IMG/VR virus record: IMGVR_UViG_3300016657_000065
Location: 1 to 60,600 of that record
Source of the DNA: a virus
Lineage: Duplodnaviria; Caudoviricetes
DNA: 60,600 bases
Direction: 5' to 3' (one strand)
Shown here: one piece after another, positions 9,149-19,402 of the stretch
Layout: every line of letters starts with the position of its first letter
How positions within the stretch are numbered: position 1 is the stretch's first letter
Position numbers and translations under genes: made by a program
Notes under the pieces: generated by a model
The model's input: the letters and a program-made list of their open reading frames with translations, nothing else
Told to the model about the DNA's origin: nothing
Databases searched by the model: none

Positions 9149-11401
9149 TTAGCCTGCTTTCTTCTTGCTGGCAAAGCGCCAGCCACCAATCTCACCGATA
9201 TGGTTAATCAGCTGCCCTGGTTTATCCGCATTCAGTGGGATTGCCGTTCGATCCACAGCGACCTTGATTGCACTCGGATTCTGTGCCTTCACGATGTTGT
9301 AGTAGATGTTGCGGTGCGTGTTCGGATTGTTATTACGGTCCGACAGCTCAGCTACCCACCACGGTTCCGTGTAAGCCACGCCCAAGCGACCCTCAGCCTC
9401 ACCCATGGTGCGAGTAGAGCTTTCACGAGTCGGCGTCGAATACTTATCGACGTTAGTTACCTTGGACAGAATACCGAAGTGCTGCACCTTACCGCTAGAT
9501 ACGGCAGCCCAGTCATCAGCAATCTTTTCCAGGAAGAGGATGTACATACTCGAGATACGTACTTTCTCTTTGGTGGTCACCATTGCACCCGTCGAACTAC
9601 GGAAAGTCACCGGCCCATAGCACTGCGGGAAGTTTTTCTCCAACTGGTCAATCATGGATGGTAGATACACCTGATCTTCCGGAGGGATATAGACATCCAG
9701 CGGTTCGCAGAACTCACGCCCTACTGCCCGCTCCAGCAACATCGTGGCGATGTGTTTCACATAGTCTACTGGCCGAGTTTGGCTAGTGGCCCACTGCCGC
9801 ATACTTTCACTGACGATGGAATAGAACGAAGCCATTTCCATCCAGCATTCCTTGACGATACTGGTGTTTTCGTCCAGGTGGCGAATACGTGCTTCCAGAC
9901 TCTGCGGAATCATTTCGATACCCGACAGTTCCAGTTTACGTTTCACCCGCTTCAGCAGATCACGCGACGAACCGTTAACGTAAGTCTGATACAGACGACC
10001 AGCGTTCATGCGGTTAACAGTCGAGTCACCATCCATGATGATCTCAGCGCGGTTGCCATCTGCATCTACCGGCATTTCTTCCGGTTCAGCAATGCGACAG
10101 ATAACGCCTTTGTCACCAAACTGGCCAGTCAGCTTACAGCCAACGTAAGGCATGACTTCCATTTCGATCACGAACTCGACACGCCAGGAGTCCAGCGGGG
10201 CTTTACGATGTACGATGCGAATCGGTTCAGTACCGCCAATGTTTTCACCCTTCGGATAGTTGGGCGTTGTCTTGGGATCCAGACCAACATACATCGACAG
10301 CGCTTCACGGATACGCTGACGGAACTTCGGTGTCATCTTCAGGCGCTGACCTTGCTCACGCTTCAGGCGACGGTATTCCGCATAGATGTCTTCGAGCATC
10401 TGACGACGGGATTGGAAGTACTGACCAATCTGTTCATCCATGCCATCCGGTGTATTGGACGGCATGCTGCGCGGGCTATGGTGTACACGGATGTCGATCA
10501 CACGACCACGAGCCACACCAGCGGTACTGTTGACATAGGTGCAATCATCAAACAGTGAGTTGATTTCCGACAAGCCACGTTCATCCAGCTCGGTGATGTT
10601 GTGGTAGTCATCCAGTTTCCGAATTGCCATCAGCAAACCGTCTTCCCGTACATACTCACCAATGTCTGGGAAGAACTTGTTGATGATGCTACCGTCTGCG
10701 GCCACTTGCTGATAGGCAGCCACTGGGTACGAGTCAGAACCCCACTGGATCACACGAGTGTGGTAAGTCTTGAACTTGAACTTGTGGAGCGCTGCGCGAC
10801 TGATCACGATACCATCTTCAGCGATACCAGAGTGCGACATGAAAGCCACGTTACATTGTGTGCCATACATGTATTCGCCAGTAACCGGATGTACGGATTT
10901 GGTTTGATAGAAGACCTCCCCTTCTTCTACCATGGCACCAGGATGTAGTTTGCTAATAGCTGGACCCGGAACGTAGTCATAGCCAAAGTACTGATGTTGG
11001 CTACCGAACTTCGGTACTTCGAAAATCCCAATCGCCCCATTGAGATGTGGCTCTTCGCTAATCGTTTCGTACATGACATACGAAATCGGATTCAGCTTAG
11101 CCTGACGAAGTCTCGGATACATATCGAAGATCTTCAGGATTACACCCCTGGCCGGCATCTTGATGGAGAAGGTGGTTTTACCGTACTCCAGTTCCATGCC
11201 GGTTTTGTGGTATGGGGGCATTGCGCCTTCGATGTCCACGTGTTGGCCAATATGGCTCGAGAACATCTGCAGACGCGAGGATGCAATAGTACCGAAGTAC
11301 GAGTTCAGGCCACAAATCCCCAGAAACTCTCGGTAATTCTCATTGCGTGGTATTTCCATTTTATCGTCCTCGTTTATCTTACTACTTAGAGCGTTTCCCA
11401 C
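9149..11401 (-). CDS. rpoB: Non-virion RNA polymerase beta subunit, C-terminal part (phiKZ gp71-73-like), uninterrupted
   Basis: SSRLQMFSSHIGQ, EDGIVIS, KLTGQFGDKGV, STVNRMNAGRL and RTMGEAE motifs. Confidence 0.9.
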   Translation of the reverse strand: MGNALSSKINEDDKMEIPRNENYREFLGICGLNSYFGTIASSRLQMFSSHIGQHVDIEGAMPPYHKTGMELEYGKTTFSIKMPARGVILKIFDMYPRLRQAKLNPISYVMYETISEEPHLNGAIGIFEVPKFGSQHQYFGYDYVPGPAISKLHPGAMVEEGEVFYQTKSVHPVTGEYMYGTQCNVAFMSHSGIAEDGIVISRAALHKFKFKTYHTRVIQWGSDSYPVAAYQQVAADGSIINKFFPDIGEYVREDGLLMAIRKLDDYHNITELDERGLSEINSLFDDCTYVNSTAGVARGRVIDIRVHHSPRSMPSNTPDGMDEQIGQYFQSRRQMLEDIYAEYRRLKREQGQRLKMTPKFRQRIREALSMYVGLDPKTTPNYPKGENIGGTEPIRIVHRKAPLDSWRVEFVIEMEVMPYVGCKLTGQFGDKGVICRIAEPEEMPVDADGNRAEIIMDGDSTVNRMNAGRLYQTYVNGSSRDLLKRVKRKLELSGIEMIPQSLEARIRHLDENTSIVKECWMEMASFYSIVSESMRQWATSQTRPVDYVKHIATMLLERAVGREFCEPLDVYIPPEDQVYLPSMIDQLEKNFPQCYGPVTFRSSTGAMVTTKEKVRISSMYILFLEKIADDWAAVSSGKVQHFGILSKVTNVDKYSTPTRESSTRTMGEAEGRLGVAYTEPWWVAELSDRNNNPNTHRNIYYNIVKAQNPSAIKVAVDRTAIPLNADKPGQLINHIGEIGGWRFASKKKAG

Positions 11402-11413
11402 TGCTCATCTTTA

Positions 11414-11437
11414 TGATATGTGTCTGAGTTATTTTTA
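11414..11437 (-). promoter_or_regulatory. Early-type phage promoter motif, copy 1
   Basis: Minus strand TAAAAATAACTCAGACACATATCA upstream of the nvRNAP beta gene. Confidence 0.7.
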
Positions 11438-11475
11438 GTCTTTAATCAAAAAGATTGTTGCATAAGGGAACAGCT

Positions 11476-11823
11476 ATGCTACAAATGCCGCACCAAAGTT
11501 TCTTACCGTTGCCATCACAACCAATGTATTATGAAGATGATTTCCGTCGTGTACTGGAAGATCATCTCTTTTATATTCGTTCTGCTGCCGACACTAAAGT
11601 GGTTCAAATTGATCCAGGTCTAGCGTGGCGATTTGAGTATGACTTTTATGCCTTCTTACGGTATCAAAGTGTACCGAGCCATTTACATTGGTTGATTATG
11701 CGGTTAACTGGGATGTATTCACCTGACCAGTTTACACGCAATAAGCAAATCTATTTCTATCCGGATGAAACCTTATTGGAACGCATTCGTTCTAATCACA
11801 ATAGTCTGAATCGAATTATCTAA
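11476..11823 (+). CDS. Conserved small protein, possibly T4 gp53/LysM-like baseplate wedge
   Basis: AAGGGA SD; HWLIMRLTGMYSP resembles the gp53-type W-I-x-x-x-N-x-x-x-x-P pattern (weak). Confidence 0.5.
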   Translation: MLQMPHQSFLPLPSQPMYYEDDFRRVLEDHLFYIRSAADTKVVQIDPGLAWRFEYDFYAFLRYQSVPSHLHWLIMRLTGMYSPDQFTRNKQIYFYPDETLLERIRSNHNSLNRII

Positions 11824-11845
11824 AAAAAAATAGCTGCTAGCAAAG

Positions 11846-11876
11846 AGGAGAGGGCCGAAGCCCTCTCCTTATGCCG
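11846..11876. terminator. Terminator hairpin with TATGCCG tail at a convergent junction
   Basis: AGGAGAGGGC-CGAA-GCCCTCTCCT followed by TATGCCG. Confidence 0.75.
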
Positions 11877-11884
11877 TTAGCTAT

Positions 11885-13348
11885 TTAGAAGCCAAAGTTC
11901 GGACCACCAGGTGCCATACCCGGTTGAGCGTAAACTACCTGACCCGGATATACGGCATTCGGGTAAGGAGCGGCTTGTTGCATACCCGGTTGCATGTAAC
12001 CAGGTTGCGGGTAGCCCGGCTGAGGATAGCCAGGTTGCGGATAACCAGGCTGCATTGCCGGCTGACCAACCGGTACCATGGCCATCTGCGGTGCTGCGTA
12101 CGGATCGCTGCTACGAACCATTACCTGTTGAACAGGCATCGGGCCATTCGGCGTCTGTACGTAGGTCACTTGGCCTTGATTACCTTGCTGGGGGCGCTGC
12201 TGTGCTGCTTGCAGACGTTCAGCAAAGGTAGTCGGACGACCAGCGTTCTGTGCCGGAGCAGCAGGTTGTTGCTGGTAGATCGGAGGCAAAGCAGCAGCCG
12301 GTTGATGGGCTACATGTTGATGTGCTGTGTGGGTCTGATGGTGATGCTGTTGCGGAGCAGCGGGCGCTGCTTGAGCCGCAATTGCAGCGGAAACACTCGG
12401 ATGTGCTTTCTTCACCGGTTCTACTGCATCATCTTCAGCAGCATGATGACCAGCATTACCTTCGTTGCCCGGTTGCATCGGCACTTTACGTACCTCAACC
12501 AACAGTGCGTCCAGGTTCTGCATGTCTTCCCACCAGTCAGAGCTGAAGCTGTAGGTGTTTTCGAACAGATCAGGAATCTTGGTACCAGTGAACAGGCGCT
12601 GGATAGCGCTGATCGGCTGGAACACAGCGGACATGGCTTGCATCATGGCATCGAACATCGGTGCGACATGGCTATTGCTACCACGACTGTATTCGTGGGC
12701 CTTGTCCAGATTCGGCAGAACGTATTCGAAAGCTTTCTTCAGGATCTCACGATGCTTGTCAGCCAGCTTCACACCTTCAACCTTCTCATCCTTGCACAGC
12801 GCTTCGTACAGCGGGAAGCTAACCACGCCCAGGCGAGTGTAGGCCTTGTCACCCACCTTACCAGACGGCTTCATGAAGAACTTCACCACACGACGATACA
12901 GCTGATCGGTCGGGATCTTCTCCACGATGTCGCGGAATGCTTCCACCGTCTTGTTGTTGGCCCCTTTCAGGATCGACAGCACTTCAGTCTGGTCAGGATT
13001 CAGTACGTTGTGCTGGGAAGGCGACGCAGTCAGAATCAACAGATCCTGAATCAGGTCGATCACAGCCAGGTTCACACGCAGAACCAGTGCTTTGCGATAT
13101 TCAGCAAACACTTCAGACTCACCACGGTTGAGGTTCTCCAGCAACGGATGGAACACCACGGTCTTCTGAGTCGGGTTCTTCAGATGGGCGGTAGTCGGCA
13201 GTACCAGACGTTTACCTTTCACAGTAAACGGACGGGCTTCTTCACCTTCTACCAACGGCTTCACGCTTACGCAACCGTCAGAGGTTACAGACAGGCCAGC
13301 CGTATCCAGCAGCTGGGTGTACAGTGTAATCAGTTTTTGACTGCTCAT
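11885..13348 (-). CDS. Conserved phage-nucleus-block protein (phiKZ gp70-like) with a Q/P/A/H-rich disordered C-terminus
   Basis: 487-aa ORF between the PicA candidate and RNAP beta; PGYPQ repeats. Confidence 0.7.
   Translation of the reverse strand: MSSQKLITLYTQLLDTAGLSVTSDGCVSVKPLVEGEEARPFTVKGKRLVLPTTAHLKNPTQKTVVFHPLLENLNRGESEVFAEYRKALVLRVNLAVIDLIQDLLILTASPSQHNVLNPDQTEVLSILKGANNKTVEAFRDIVEKIPTDQLYRRVVKFFMKPSGKVGDKAYTRLGVVSFPLYEALCKDEKVEGVKLADKHREILKKAFEYVLPNLDKAHEYSRGSNSHVAPMFDAMMQAMSAVFQPISAIQRLFTGTKIPDLFENTYSFSSDWWEDMQNLDALLVEVRKVPMQPGNEGNAGHHAAEDDAVEPVKKAHPSVSAAIAAQAAPAAPQQHHHQTHTAHQHVAHQPAAALPPIYQQQPAAPAQNAGRPTTFAERLQAAQQRPQQGNQGQVTYVQTPNGPMPVQQVMVRSSDPYAAPQMAMVPVGQPAMQPGYPQPGYPQPGYPQPGYMQPGMQQAAPYPNAVYPGQVVYAQPGMAPGGPNFGF
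11985..12052 (-). repeat. Degenerate 15-nt coding repeat (QPGYP x3 + QPGYM)
   Basis: Seen in the translation and as recurring (g/a)taRccVggYtg units on the plus strand. Confidence 0.85.
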
Positions 13349-13357
13349 GTTTACTCC

Positions 13358-14872
13358 TTAGAACCCAAACTGGGTAGAGGCGTAGCCTTGGGTTTGTGGG
13401 GCTACAGTTTCGTTTACCAGGTATTCCAGATCGCTTGCCAGGTTACGGCTAGTCAAACGGTTCTGCGTAACGATCGGCGACATCAATGCGTCAGTGAAAG
13501 TCGGCTGAACGTACGGGGTAGCGTAATGGTTGCCATCCAGAGCGATCGAGAAGCTACTGGAACCCATCAGGTTGGCGACCACGTTGATCTGGAAGTCACG
13601 CAGGCCATTCATGGAAATGGCTTGCAGGCAGCGAGTGATCAGGTTGATACGGAAAGCATCGAACGGACGCGATACATCTACGCCTTGTACGAAGCCAACG
13701 GGTGCTGCCGTCGGCGTCACGATGATCTCACCGTTTACCGTACGGTTGGTTGCCGTGAAGCCCAGCATGGTGATACCACATTCCACCATCAGCGAAGGAA
13801 CCACAGAGCCCAGAATAGCCGCTACGTGAGTAGTGCCGTCTTGACCATGCCAGTATTCGCTGTTACCGACGTTTGGCAACTCTTGACGGGCTGCCGGGGC
13901 GATCATGGTGTGCAGGGTAACGTTATCTACGTTCGGGTCAATACGACGCAGCTCGTTGAGCGAGAAGCGATCGGCTGCCCCCATGCCATGTAGTTGTGCC
14001 AGTGCAGTGAGGAAGGTTACCTCAGTTGCTACCTGTTCCTGCACGTAACGTTTGGCGATAGAGTACTGATTATCGCCTACTTGGACTTGGGTGCGATTAC
14101 CCATGTCCGTACCCAATTGCACGGAATCCACGATCTGCGCTTTACGCATCCCGTCCAGCACACGAGAAGCGTATACCGACGGTACGTTATTGGCACGAGC
14201 AGCCAATTCCGGTGTGTCGGTCATCAGGCCAGTGGTGTTGATCTCGATATGTTCTTCGACATGGTTGTGTTGCATGAGCGAATAGATATCGGTCGGACGC
14301 ATGTGGTACAGGTTATCCGAGCGGAAGCCCGATTGATCCATACCGCTGTAGTAGGTATTGGACAGCATGTGGTTAGCGCCCACCACAGCCACACCTTGCA
14401 CCTGGCCAGTCGGAGTGTTGTAACGCATGTGCTTCAGCGTCGCTACCGAGTTGATCTTGAATTCCAGATCAGGTGCAATGAAGCCCGATTGGCGAGAGAA
14501 GTCCAGGTGAGTGGACGCACCCTGTACCAGTTCGGTCTTTTTGACGATACCGTCGTCGATTTCCACTTCCATGATGAAACGGAAGCGCGGCTCTTGCCAG
14601 CCATTGGCGATGTGGATTTGGCTAGCTACGCCATTAGCATCCACTTCGGGAGCAACGGATGGGAAGAGCGCACCGCTCATTACACCGGAGATCACTGCCG
14701 GATCAACGCTGTTTTCAGCATCGATCTTGGTCTTCACTGCAGTGATCACATCCGGGGTGATCACAGACTGATAGGGACGCAGGTATTGGGGATTGTAAGT
14801 ACCCGCTTCCACGATCATCAGCTTGACGATGTTGATTTTGCGTTGATTGGACAGAGTCGGAAGAGTAAACAT
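13358..14872 (-). CDS. picA: Phage-nucleus protein import factor PicA/Imp1 (phiKZ gp69-like)
   Basis: 504 aa, directly downstream of the gp68-like gene; GTYNPQYLRPY and IANGWQEPRFRF motifs recalled from the family. Confidence 0.7.
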   Translation of the reverse strand: MFTLPTLSNQRKINIVKLMIVEAGTYNPQYLRPYQSVITPDVITAVKTKIDAENSVDPAVISGVMSGALFPSVAPEVDANGVASQIHIANGWQEPRFRFIMEVEIDDGIVKKTELVQGASTHLDFSRQSGFIAPDLEFKINSVATLKHMRYNTPTGQVQGVAVVGANHMLSNTYYSGMDQSGFRSDNLYHMRPTDIYSLMQHNHVEEHIEINTTGLMTDTPELAARANNVPSVYASRVLDGMRKAQIVDSVQLGTDMGNRTQVQVGDNQYSIAKRYVQEQVATEVTFLTALAQLHGMGAADRFSLNELRRIDPNVDNVTLHTMIAPAARQELPNVGNSEYWHGQDGTTHVAAILGSVVPSLMVECGITMLGFTATNRTVNGEIIVTPTAAPVGFVQGVDVSRPFDAFRINLITRCLQAISMNGLRDFQINVVANLMGSSSFSIALDGNHYATPYVQPTFTDALMSPIVTQNRLTSRNLASDLEYLVNETVAPQTQGYASTQFGF

Positions 14873-14884
14873 GGCATTCCTCGT

Positions 14885-16483
14885 TTATTTAGATACAGAC
14901 TTCAGATGGGTAATCAGGTTCACCAGGCGATTCAGGAGGTTTGGCTGAATCAATACCGTGCGACGATTATACCCAGGGATAACTTCTTCCACCATGGGCT
15001 GCGGAAGAACGTTGTAACGAATATCTTTTACGATATCGTCAACGATACGGTCAAGTGCCACTACAGCTGCGTTGCGATTCTTATCGGTTTTCTTCACCCC
15101 TTTCAACTGGTAACGGTACATCTGTTCCAGGATGGCCAGATTGTCCTTATTGATCTTGTCAACTTCAGGACGGTTATCCTGATATTCACCACGATCAGTG
15201 CTCACCAGCAACAATGCCAGATCTTTGAAGCCATTGACCCAAAGATACGACGCTGTGACAGCAAAGCAGTTAAGTTCAATCGGCTTAGAAAGGATTTCCA
15301 AAGACCGACTTGGCAATTGATCACGCAGCACCCACTCAACGATAGAGCGCTGCCAACGCTTAATCGATGGGATTGAACCTGATACTTGGTCAATCTGGTT
15401 GTAGGTATCCAGAACTTGCATGAAGGTAGGCAACAGCGGACGGATGTTGGAGAACTTCGGATCAAAGTACAGATACTGGTCATTGATCGGGTCTTCGAAG
15501 TATACTTCAATCGCCACGACTTCACCAGCAGCAATACTCTCACGGGCTTTGAACCCTTCCAAACGCGAGATGTTACTCTCGCTATCACCCACATCAGAAT
15601 CCGTTTGTTTGGGGCGTACAGTACCGATAAAGCTGGTATCGTACCGTTTGATCTTACCAGTCACGTACTTATGGATGGCACTCATGAGTACCGGGCTCGT
15701 GGCAGTCCGAGAGCGCGGAATACCACGAATGTCCGTAATCACAATCTTCCGGATCACGGTAATTGCCATCAACCACTCAGGGAAGTCTTCAGTACTAATG
15801 CCTTCCACAATAGCTGAAGCCAGGTTGTCCTGGGTGTCAATGGATGCTTCGATGTACAGCCGGAGCCGCCGCATGGCTGCACAATCGTAATACTCAGTAC
15901 GGCTGATGAGCTTGAAGGCGTTGTATTCCTTCCAGGTCGGGCCGGCCGAGATCTTGGTTGCTTCGATGTAATTCACCCACACCGGCAACATCGACTTCAA
16001 ACCGATAGTCATTGCTGCTAGCTTGATGTAATCACCCTTCAGGTAGGTCTTCTCAGGCGTACCTTGAATGCGACCATCACCTGCAAAGGTTTCGTGCAGG
16101 CTAGCTGGGATCTGGATGTCAGAATGCAGCATCATCCAGTGCTCGATCTGATCGAGTCGATGATACGACAGCAACTCAGATACCAAAGGTCGCAGGGCAT
16201 TGTCCAGACCGTTCGTCGATACAATCGAGTTGATTTGATCATTGATGCGGCGGTAGCAATCAAAGATCCTGGTCTGGATGTCCAGTGGCAGAGACTGCCA
16301 GAAAAGATTGAGATAATGGAAGATCTCGAAATCGTCCACATCAGAATCAGCATCGTCGTCGGCACGGCGGTTTTGTTCACGCATTGCCATGGTCGACCAG
16401 AACAGCGGATCTTCTTTCCCATGCGACATCACAGCTTCCACTGCGTTTGCGCTAAACCCCGTCTTTTTGATTTCTAAGTGCAT
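14885..16483 (-). CDS. Non-virion RNAP promoter-specificity (sigma-like) subunit (phiKZ gp68-like)
   Basis: 532 aa; size and synteny between the ChmC-like and PicA-like genes; ISRLEGFKA motif. Confidence 0.7.
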   Translation of the reverse strand: MHLEIKKTGFSANAVEAVMSHGKEDPLFWSTMAMREQNRRADDDADSDVDDFEIFHYLNLFWQSLPLDIQTRIFDCYRRINDQINSIVSTNGLDNALRPLVSELLSYHRLDQIEHWMMLHSDIQIPASLHETFAGDGRIQGTPEKTYLKGDYIKLAAMTIGLKSMLPVWVNYIEATKISAGPTWKEYNAFKLISRTEYYDCAAMRRLRLYIEASIDTQDNLASAIVEGISTEDFPEWLMAITVIRKIVITDIRGIPRSRTATSPVLMSAIHKYVTGKIKRYDTSFIGTVRPKQTDSDVGDSESNISRLEGFKARESIAAGEVVAIEVYFEDPINDQYLYFDPKFSNIRPLLPTFMQVLDTYNQIDQVSGSIPSIKRWQRSIVEWVLRDQLPSRSLEILSKPIELNCFAVTASYLWVNGFKDLALLLVSTDRGEYQDNRPEVDKINKDNLAILEQMYRYQLKGVKKTDKNRNAAVVALDRIVDDIVKDIRYNVLPQPMVEEVIPGYNRRTVLIQPNLLNRLVNLITHLKSVSK

Positions 16484-16530
16484 TTCAGTACCTCGTTATT
16501 AGTTGGGCATTACTGGTGTGCTCTTCTTGA

Positions 16531-16554
16531 TGATATATGTTTGAAACTTTTTTA
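16531..16554 (-). promoter_or_regulatory. Early-type promoter motif, copy 2
   Basis: Minus strand TAAAAAAGTTTCAAACATATATCA upstream of the gp68-like gene. Confidence 0.7.
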
Positions 16555-16629
16555 GGTATTGAAGTGACAATTGGGGACCCACCCACCTTTTGGTGAGTGA
16601 GGCCCCTAGTCGATGTTACTTAGTGTTTC

Positions 16630-17409
16630 TTAACCCCACGGCAGGTCGTCAACATTTTGATCACTGCCAGAGCTGTTGCCGCCACCGCCCTGTCCACCAC
16701 CGTAACGATTGCCTTGGCCGCCACCATTGCCGCCGCCATAATTACCGCCGCGATTACCGCCGTAATTACCACCGCCACCACCACGATTGCCACCGTAGCC
16801 GCCACCACCCTTACCACCTTGCTTGCCATTATTGTCCGGCTCCTTCCAGGTTTCTTTGCAGATCAACGGTACCAGGTTGGTCAGCAGTTTCACGTAGCCT
16901 TTGGCCAGAGCAACCGAAGTCTCAGCCTTGGAGTAGGATTCACCGCCACGATGGAAGAACTTGTGGTAGTCTTCCGATACGAACGGGAACTGTACCGCAG
17001 CATTGCCATTGCGCGCTACTACCGAAATGAAGATCACGCCTTCTTTGTCGCGACCAACATGCAAATCGGAAGTAATGGTGACCTTGCCGTCACGCGGGAA
17101 GCCCATTTCGATGTAGCCACCAGCCACTTCACCAGCCGGCGCAGCGATGACGTCTTCCAGCATGGAAATGAAACCCATGAACACTTTCAGGTCCATCTTG
17201 GCTTCAGCTTTGCCGCCATCTTTGTCGCCTTCGACGCCAGTCCAGACGGTGATACGCGGGTTGCCGTTGATTACGGCCCATTTCAGGGAAGCACGACCAC
17301 CCGCAGCATTGCGGGAGTACATGGTCAGCTTGCGATCTTCGAGAATAGTCTTTTGCCGTGCGGGCTGTTGGAAGTCACTCATGATTCTTTCCTTGTTTGG
17401 GTTGTCCAC
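16630..17409 (-). CDS. chmC: Nucleus-associated nucleic-acid-binding protein ChmC/Imp6-like (phiKZ gp67-like)
   Basis: Folded N-domain (NGNPRITVWTG) plus G/N/R/Y-rich tail ending DDLPWG; synteny. The true start may be the internal MSDFQQ ATG. Confidence 0.65.
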   Translation of the reverse strand: MDNPNKERIMSDFQQPARQKTILEDRKLTMYSRNAAGGRASLKWAVINGNPRITVWTGVEGDKDGGKAEAKMDLKVFMGFISMLEDVIAAPAGEVAGGYIEMGFPRDGKVTITSDLHVGRDKEGVIFISVVARNGNAAVQFPFVSEDYHKFFHRGGESYSKAETSVALAKGYVKLLTNLVPLICKETWKEPDNNGKQGGKGGGGYGGNRGGGGGNYGGNRGGNYGGGNGGGQGNRYGGGQGGGGNSSGSDQNVDDLPWG

Positions 17410-17437
17410 AAAATGAGAACAGTGTGTATTTACTTGC

Positions 17438-18277
17438 TCATTGATTTAGAGCACGCAAAATGTCTCGAGCGTAATGGTTTTTCAGTTGGCCGATACCGTA
17501 GTTAATCATCGAAGTAGTGGTACTGCTGTTCCACTTATACTTCGTAGCGATCTCTATGATTTCCTTGCGCAGCTTAGGGTCCATCGGTCTAAAGGTCTCC
17601 TTGTCACCAAAGACTTGGAGGAAGAGCCGATTAAATGGAATCATGGGAAGATTCCGGCCATCCAGATACTTCGTATGCCAAAGCGCTTTTGTCTTTACAG
17701 CCCCTGTGTGGGATTCCAGCAGGGTTAACCCGAATGTGGGTGAATTTGCCAAAAGATCGTAGGCATAGTTAGTCAGGATTAGGTTCTTCTGAAATGATTG
17801 GCCTGAGATCAGATCGTTAATGCCCAAGAAGGGCACTTGGTGATCCTTAATCAGCTTAAACAACTTCAGCAGGACTTCCTTCGACAATGCAAAAGAGGCT
17901 TTCTGCTTCGCTGTAGTATACACCCGAATACCAGCACCCGGATGTTTCCGTTCCACTTCAGAATAGTTACTATAGTAACACATTACACGACAACGGCCAT
18001 GACTTGCATCTTGGACCGCATGCGTAATTGTGTCAATTTCAAAGAGCAATGCTTCTGCGTACTGTTGAGCGGGCAAGGTAGGAGAATCCGACGGAATTGC
18101 ACCCAGCAGGTTACGCAAAAGCGTTCTGATGTTTAGCCAAAGACAATCGTAATCCGCTACGTGGTTATACTGCTTACCTTCTTCATTTATCCCACATGCA
18201 GATTCAATTGCCAAGCTAGTTCCGATGGAGATGGGATACTTCCCCACCTCCCGATAACTTAATGGATCATAGAGCAT
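17438..18277 (-). CDS. Conserved phiKZ-family protein, possibly a PIN/FEN-like nuclease fold
   Basis: 279 aa; ISIGTSLAIE, LLESHTG, QVFGD; overlaps the SbcD-like gene. Confidence 0.55.
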   Translation of the reverse strand: MLYDPLSYREVGKYPISIGTSLAIESACGINEEGKQYNHVADYDCLWLNIRTLLRNLLGAIPSDSPTLPAQQYAEALLFEIDTITHAVQDASHGRCRVMCYYSNYSEVERKHPGAGIRVYTTAKQKASFALSKEVLLKLFKLIKDHQVPFLGINDLISGQSFQKNLILTNYAYDLLANSPTFGLTLLESHTGAVKTKALWHTKYLDGRNLPMIPFNRLFLQVFGDKETFRPMDPKLRKEIIEIATKYKWNSSTTTSMINYGIGQLKNHYARDILRALNQ

Positions 18278-19394
18278 CGATTATCTCCGCCGTGAGACGT
18301 CTAACGCTCTCCACTTGGCTATCGCTAATGTGAGGGCGCATCCGTTCCACTAACAAATCCATCACGTTGTCTGGCGTAATCAGAATCGGAATGTATTCAT
18401 CCTGTTCCACATCGTACTGATACTCAAATTCCTCTACCTTCTCCGCATCAACTACTTGCTTTGACCAGACGAATTGAGGGAACGTACGAATCAATACGTC
18501 CATGTTCTGCAAAATGGGATTACTCCCGTCTACAGATACACGTACATAGCTCTGATCAGGCAGCCCCGTGAGGGCGTTATCAATTTCAATAAGCACATCA
18601 TTCAGTGTCATGCCAGTACACTGAACAGTCTTAAAGATCTTAGCCCCTTTGTTTTCAATAAAGCGCCAAGTATATTTCTTGGTGGCTGGATTGAAGGCTA
18701 CGCGAACATGGCCTTTAGGATGTTCTTCACCATGACTTAGGCGATCAAACGATCCTTGCGCAATGATTCGTTCGTAATACGAGTGGTTATGGACGTGACC
18801 AATAAAGATCGGACCAGCTACCAGATTGAGATACTCGCTACTCGAATGCTTTTGGGCGCGAATAAACTCAGGTAATTGGTATTCAAATTGACCATGCATG
18901 AAAGCAATATCAACATGCCGTTCACCTGTTGCTCGAATCAGGTTTTTGACTTGGCTTAGTGTTTTTTCTGTCGTATCGTTCCATTCATCGGGCACATAGA
19001 GGACGGTTATCCCGTATTCCTCTATGTGCTCAATGGATAGTTCTTTCACGTACTTAAGTTTAGCGCCAATACCTGATATCGTGTTCAGGACCTCAAACCG
19101 ATTCGATTGTTTCCAATCGTGACTCGGCGTGCCTTCCAGAACACGGAGCAAGATGTTGTGCTTTGCGCAGACTGATAACAGATCACTGATCCAGAAATCA
19201 ATCTCAGCAAGCTCTTTGTTGTTCAACGACAACAAATCATCGAAGACGTCGCCCGCCAAGCAGATCAGATCCAACTTGGCGGTCTCTTCGTTGTCAGGAA
19301 ACGCATTGCGGAGATTACGAATAATCTCTACTGCTTTGTTTCGCTTATGGCCCAAATGAATATCGCTTACACAAGCTACATTCAATTGTTTCAT
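18267..19394 (-). CDS. sbcD: SbcD/Mre11-like metallophosphoesterase nuclease
   Basis: SDIHLG, AGDVFD, EGTPSHD, MHGQF and IGHVH motifs. Confidence 0.88.
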   Translation of the reverse strand: MKQLNVACVSDIHLGHKRNKAVEIIRNLRNAFPDNEETAKLDLICLAGDVFDDLLSLNNKELAEIDFWISDLLSVCAKHNILLRVLEGTPSHDWKQSNRFEVLNTISGIGAKLKYVKELSIEHIEEYGITVLYVPDEWNDTTEKTLSQVKNLIRATGERHVDIAFMHGQFEYQLPEFIRAQKHSSSEYLNLVAGPIFIGHVHNHSYYERIIAQGSFDRLSHGEEHPKGHVRVAFNPATKKYTWRFIENKGAKIFKTVQCTGMTLNDVLIEIDNALTGLPDQSYVRVSVDGSNPILQNMDVLIRTFPQFVWSKQVVDAEKVEEFEYQYDVEQDEYIPILITPDNVMDLLVERMRPHISDSQVESVRRLTAEIIDAL

Positions 19395-19402
19395 GGGTAT
19401 CC

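Noticed and set aside
11924-15376. 689-aa and 460-aa plus-strand ORFs, including RLRIA repeats
   Set aside because: Antisense to the gp70-like and picA genes; the repeats mirror the QPGYP codons
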